Positions 61,698 through 64,000 of a stretch of DNA of 64,000 nt are shown in pieces (positions within the stretch are counted from its first letter, which is position 1; each line of letters opens with the position of its first letter). The DNA is taken from NCBI GenBank assembly GCA_016928995.1, contig JAFGJS010000054.1, positions 86,536 to 150,535 of the forward strand, read 5' to 3'. The position numbers and the translations under genes are program-made. Below the pieces are notes generated by a model. That model was not told the DNA's origin and made no database searches. It saw nothing but the letters and a program-made list of their open reading frames with translations. The stretch comes from Candidatus Sumerlaeota bacterium. Its GTDB lineage: Bacteria; Sumerlaeota; Sumerlaeia; JAFGJS01.

Positions 61698-64000
61698 ATG
61701 AAGCTTCGAATACAGAGCATGTTCGTTTTTTTCATCGCTGGCGCAATCGGGTCGGCGGCGCCGGCGTTGGCGGCCGCCTCAACGGATGTTGCGCCGGTTG
61801 AGGTTTTCTATATTCCGCAGGAGGATCTGGCGCGCGGACCGGGGTATGCGAGCGAGGGTTTGTATCTGCCGTTGTCCGAGCTGCTGGAGCTGGCGGCGCA
61901 CGCTCAGGGCGCTTCGGAGAAGCGCGAGACCCTGAGCGGCGTCTGCTGCCGGTCGCTGAATTTGTCCGGAACGTTGAAGGAGGGGCTGGCCCTGGAGGGC
62001 GAGCTGTCGTTCGTGGCGGCGGGCGATGGCTGGTCGGCGGTTTTGGTCGATGACGGGGGGATTCCCTGGCTTTCGCAGGCATCGCCGGAGACGGCGCCGG
62101 CGTTTTTGTCTCGCGTACGCGGAAAGACTTTTCTTTTTGCGCGCGGACCGTCCGAGGGTGTGGTTCGGCTGAAGGCGTTTGTTCCGGCGCGGGGCGATGG
62201 CGTTGTTCTCCAGGCGTCGCTGGGGCGGATTTTTGCTCCGTGCCGCGTGACGCTGGATCACGACGAGAGCATCGCGTTTGATACAGCGTCGGCGCCAGCT
62301 GATGCGTCGCCGGCGCAGCTGCGTCTTTGGCCTGCGCAGGGGGCGCCTGTCGAGCTGCGATACCGCATGAAGGCCGGATTTCAGGCGCCGGCCGCTTTGC
62401 GCGTCGAGCATGCGCGCGAGATCAAGGCTGCCGGCGGGGGATTGCAGCTCGAGGATGAGCTGACTCTGGCAGGAAGGTTTTCGCCCGGAGAGCCGATTCA
62501 ATTTGCGCTGCCGGAACAGATGCGGCTGTTGCGCGCGACGACCTCGGATGCGGCGGAGGTTCGTATCGATGACGCCGCGTTGACGGTCGTTCCACTGCAA
62601 CATTGTGAAACGTTGAAGATTTGGGCGTCGTTGGCCGTTGATGCGGTTGAGGGACGGGCGGTGTTGAAGCCGTGGAAGTTCGATGCGCAGGCGGTTTATT
62701 CTAGCGTGCGGCTGATCGCTTCGCCGCAGTATGCGCCTGTGCCGGTGGATTGGCCGGAGGAGCTGTTTCCCGCGGCTGGCGGCGCCGCGGACCGTCATTA
62801 CGAGTGCTGGGGGGCGTTGCCTGAATTGAGCGTCGCGCTGGCGGACGCCTCGCCGCCGCAGCCTTTGCGTGTTTCGGCGCTGCTGACGCTGGCGGAGAAT
62901 GCGGCGACGGTTGAGTATTATGTGGAGCTCACGGATCCCCATCAGCGCGAGATTCGATTTCAACTGCCGGTGGATTGGGTTTTGACGGAGCTGACGGCGA
63001 CGCGCGGCAAACAAATCGCGCCCGTGGCCGTTCAGCAGGAAGACGACCGCTGGTGGCGAGTGACCGGCGCTCCGTCGCAGAATCCGGGAGCGGTTCGTTT
63101 TTCTTTGCGGCGGATGGAGCAATGGGGCCGGGCGGATGAGGCGACGACGCTGGAACTGCCGCTGGCGCGGTTCGTTGGATTGCGTCCGTCGCTTTATGAG
63201 CTGCGGATCGCCTGGCCGGAAGGCCTGGAAGCGCGCGTGGCGCAGTTGTCGTCGATGGTTGTGACGCCGGTGGGCGGAAGTTTTGTCTTGCCGTCGCCGG
63301 GCGACCGTGAGGCTCAGCTGGCATTGCAGGCGGAGGGGGATGCGCCGTCCGGCTCGCTGGCCGTGCGGATGCGTGAGGCGGAGCAACGGGTGACGGTGGT
63401 GACGGTTCTTTCCGTGCAGGAGGATCGGGCCAACATCCGGGCCTTGCTGTCTTATGAGACGCGGTTTGCGCCCAGCCGCGCGTTCCGTTTTAGCTTGCCT
63501 GCGGGCACGGGCTCGAACGTGCGCATTGAGGGCGAGGGAATCCGCGAGACATCGCTGCAGGAGACAGCGGAAGGCGACGTCTGGACCGTGATTGCGCAGC
63601 GCGATGTGCTGGGCGAGTTTCAATTGACGTTGGAGTGGAGTCTGGACGCCAAGCCAGGCGCGAAGGCGATTCAGGCGCCGGAGATCCGGCTGCCGGACAT
63701 TGCGATGCAACAGGGTTTCATTGTGCTGGAAGGCTCCCAGACCTTGCTGCTGAATACGGAAAGCAAGAATCTGGCTGAGACGGAGCTGTCCGAGCTGCCG
63801 CCGTTGCCCTGGCCCCGAGAGAACCGGCTGCTGGCGGTGTATCGCTATATTGAACCGCCGTTTTTGTTGAGCGTGCAGGCGGAGAAACTGGAGCCGGAGC
63901 CGGCGCTGGAAGGCTTGGCGGATAAGGCGGAACTGGTGACGACGGTGGCCGCGAACGGTGAGCGTTTAACGCGGGCGCGGTACGATGTGAAGCCGACGAA
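61698..64000 (+). CDS. giant secreted protein of unknown function (paralog B), 3'-truncated by window edge
   Basis: ATG at 61698, signal peptide MKLRIQSMFVFFIAGAIGSAAPALAAAS. Open to the end of the window (>760 aa). N-terminal VEVFYIPQEDLARGPGYASEGLYLPLSELLEL aligns with VVFVPYEKASGPEWGLDQSVLIPYAEFLKL of paralog A. Confidence 0.55.
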   Translation, partial: MKLRIQSMFVFFIAGAIGSAAPALAAASTDVAPVEVFYIPQEDLARGPGYASEGLYLPLSELLELAAHAQGASEKRETLSGVCCRSLNLSGTLKEGLALEGELSFVAAGDGWSAVLVDDGGIPWLSQASPETAPAFLSRVRGKTFLFARGPSEGVVRLKAFVPARGDGVVLQASLGRIFAPCRVTLDHDESIAFDTASAPADASPAQLRLWPAQGAPVELRYRMKAGFQAPAALRVEHAREIKAAGGGLQLEDELTLAGRFSPGEPIQFALPEQMRLLRATTSDAAEVRIDDAALTVVPLQHCETLKIWASLAVDAVEGRAVLKPWKFDAQAVYSSVRLIASPQYAPVPVDWPEELFPAAGGAADRHYECWGALPELSVALADASPPQPLRVSALLTLAENAATVEYYVELTDPHQREIRFQLPVDWVLTELTATRGKQIAPVAVQQEDDRWWRVTGAPSQNPGAVRFSLRRMEQWGRADEATTLELPLARFVGLRPSLYELRIAWPEGLEARVAQLSSMVVTPVGGSFVLPSPGDREAQLALQAEGDAPSGSLAVRMREAEQRVTVVTVLSVQEDRANIRALLSYETRFAPSRAFRFSLPAGTGSNVRIEGEGIRETSLQETAEGDVWTVIAQRDVLGEFQLTLEWSLDAKPGAKAIQAPEIRLPDIAMQQGFIVLEGSQTLLLNTESKNLAETELSELPPLPWPRENRLLAVYRYIEPPFLLSVQAEKLEPEPALEGLADKAELVTTVAANGERLTRARYDVKPT

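Overview
This 64-kb window is a high-GC bacterial chromosomal segment made mostly of housekeeping genes, with a few AT-rich islets and many short TIR-bounded repeats in intergenic gaps. All calls below are from reading the sequence and ORF track; no database searches were run.

Main content, in order along the window:
- PadR regulator, aroA, a HemY-family FAD oxidase and mnmG.
- A complete Rrf2-regulated SUF operon (sufB, sufC, sufD, sufS) in which every intergenic gap holds a different short repeat element.
- An exopolysaccharide locus. Its centrepiece is a single 1245-aa ORF that fuses a processive family-2 glycosyltransferase (D, DxD, TED and QxxRW motifs plus TM helices) to a ~700-aa C-terminal glycoside-hydrolase-like domain. 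Divergent from it are a GT4 transferase, a polytopic membrane protein and a WbaP-type priming phosphotransferase.
- An AT-rich, apparently horizontally acquired DPPY-type DNA methyltransferase with no recognisable restriction partner.
- surE, then the conserved yceD-rpmF-plsX block.
- A 1160-aa secreted FG-GAP/PKD/LamG protein with a dockerin-like tail.
- A small AT-rich coiled-coil ORF followed by a perfect 26-bp tandem duplication.
- aspC-type aminotransferase, argG, secG and an M16 lipoprotein peptidase.
- A full F1Fo ATP synthase operon (atpZ-I-B-E-F-H-A-G-D-C) with a repeat element between atpG and atpD, a histidine-rich a subunit and a short epsilon subunit.
- The known PBP1C plus alpha-2-macroglobulin pair, with overlapping ATGA stop/start.
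- PPK2 and a B12-binding radical SAM enzyme. Downstream of the radical SAM gene a small AT-rich membrane ORF sits inside a TIR-bounded element.
- An AMIN plus Amidase_3-like protein that appears to lack the zinc-binding histidines.
- A DtxR/MntR regulator with a C-terminal four-cysteine cluster.
- An AT-rich GH30 xylanase islet.
- Two tandem, paralogous giant secreted proteins of unknown function at the right edge; the second runs off the window.

There are at least three interspersed repeat families. The commonest has a TTCACCACAGAG(C/G)GCACAGAG-type terminal inverted repeat combined with 6-nt-periodic internal modules. No tRNA, rRNA or CRISPR array was found. The most novel-looking candidates are the synthase-hydrolase fusion, the giant paralog pair and the repeat-saturated operons.
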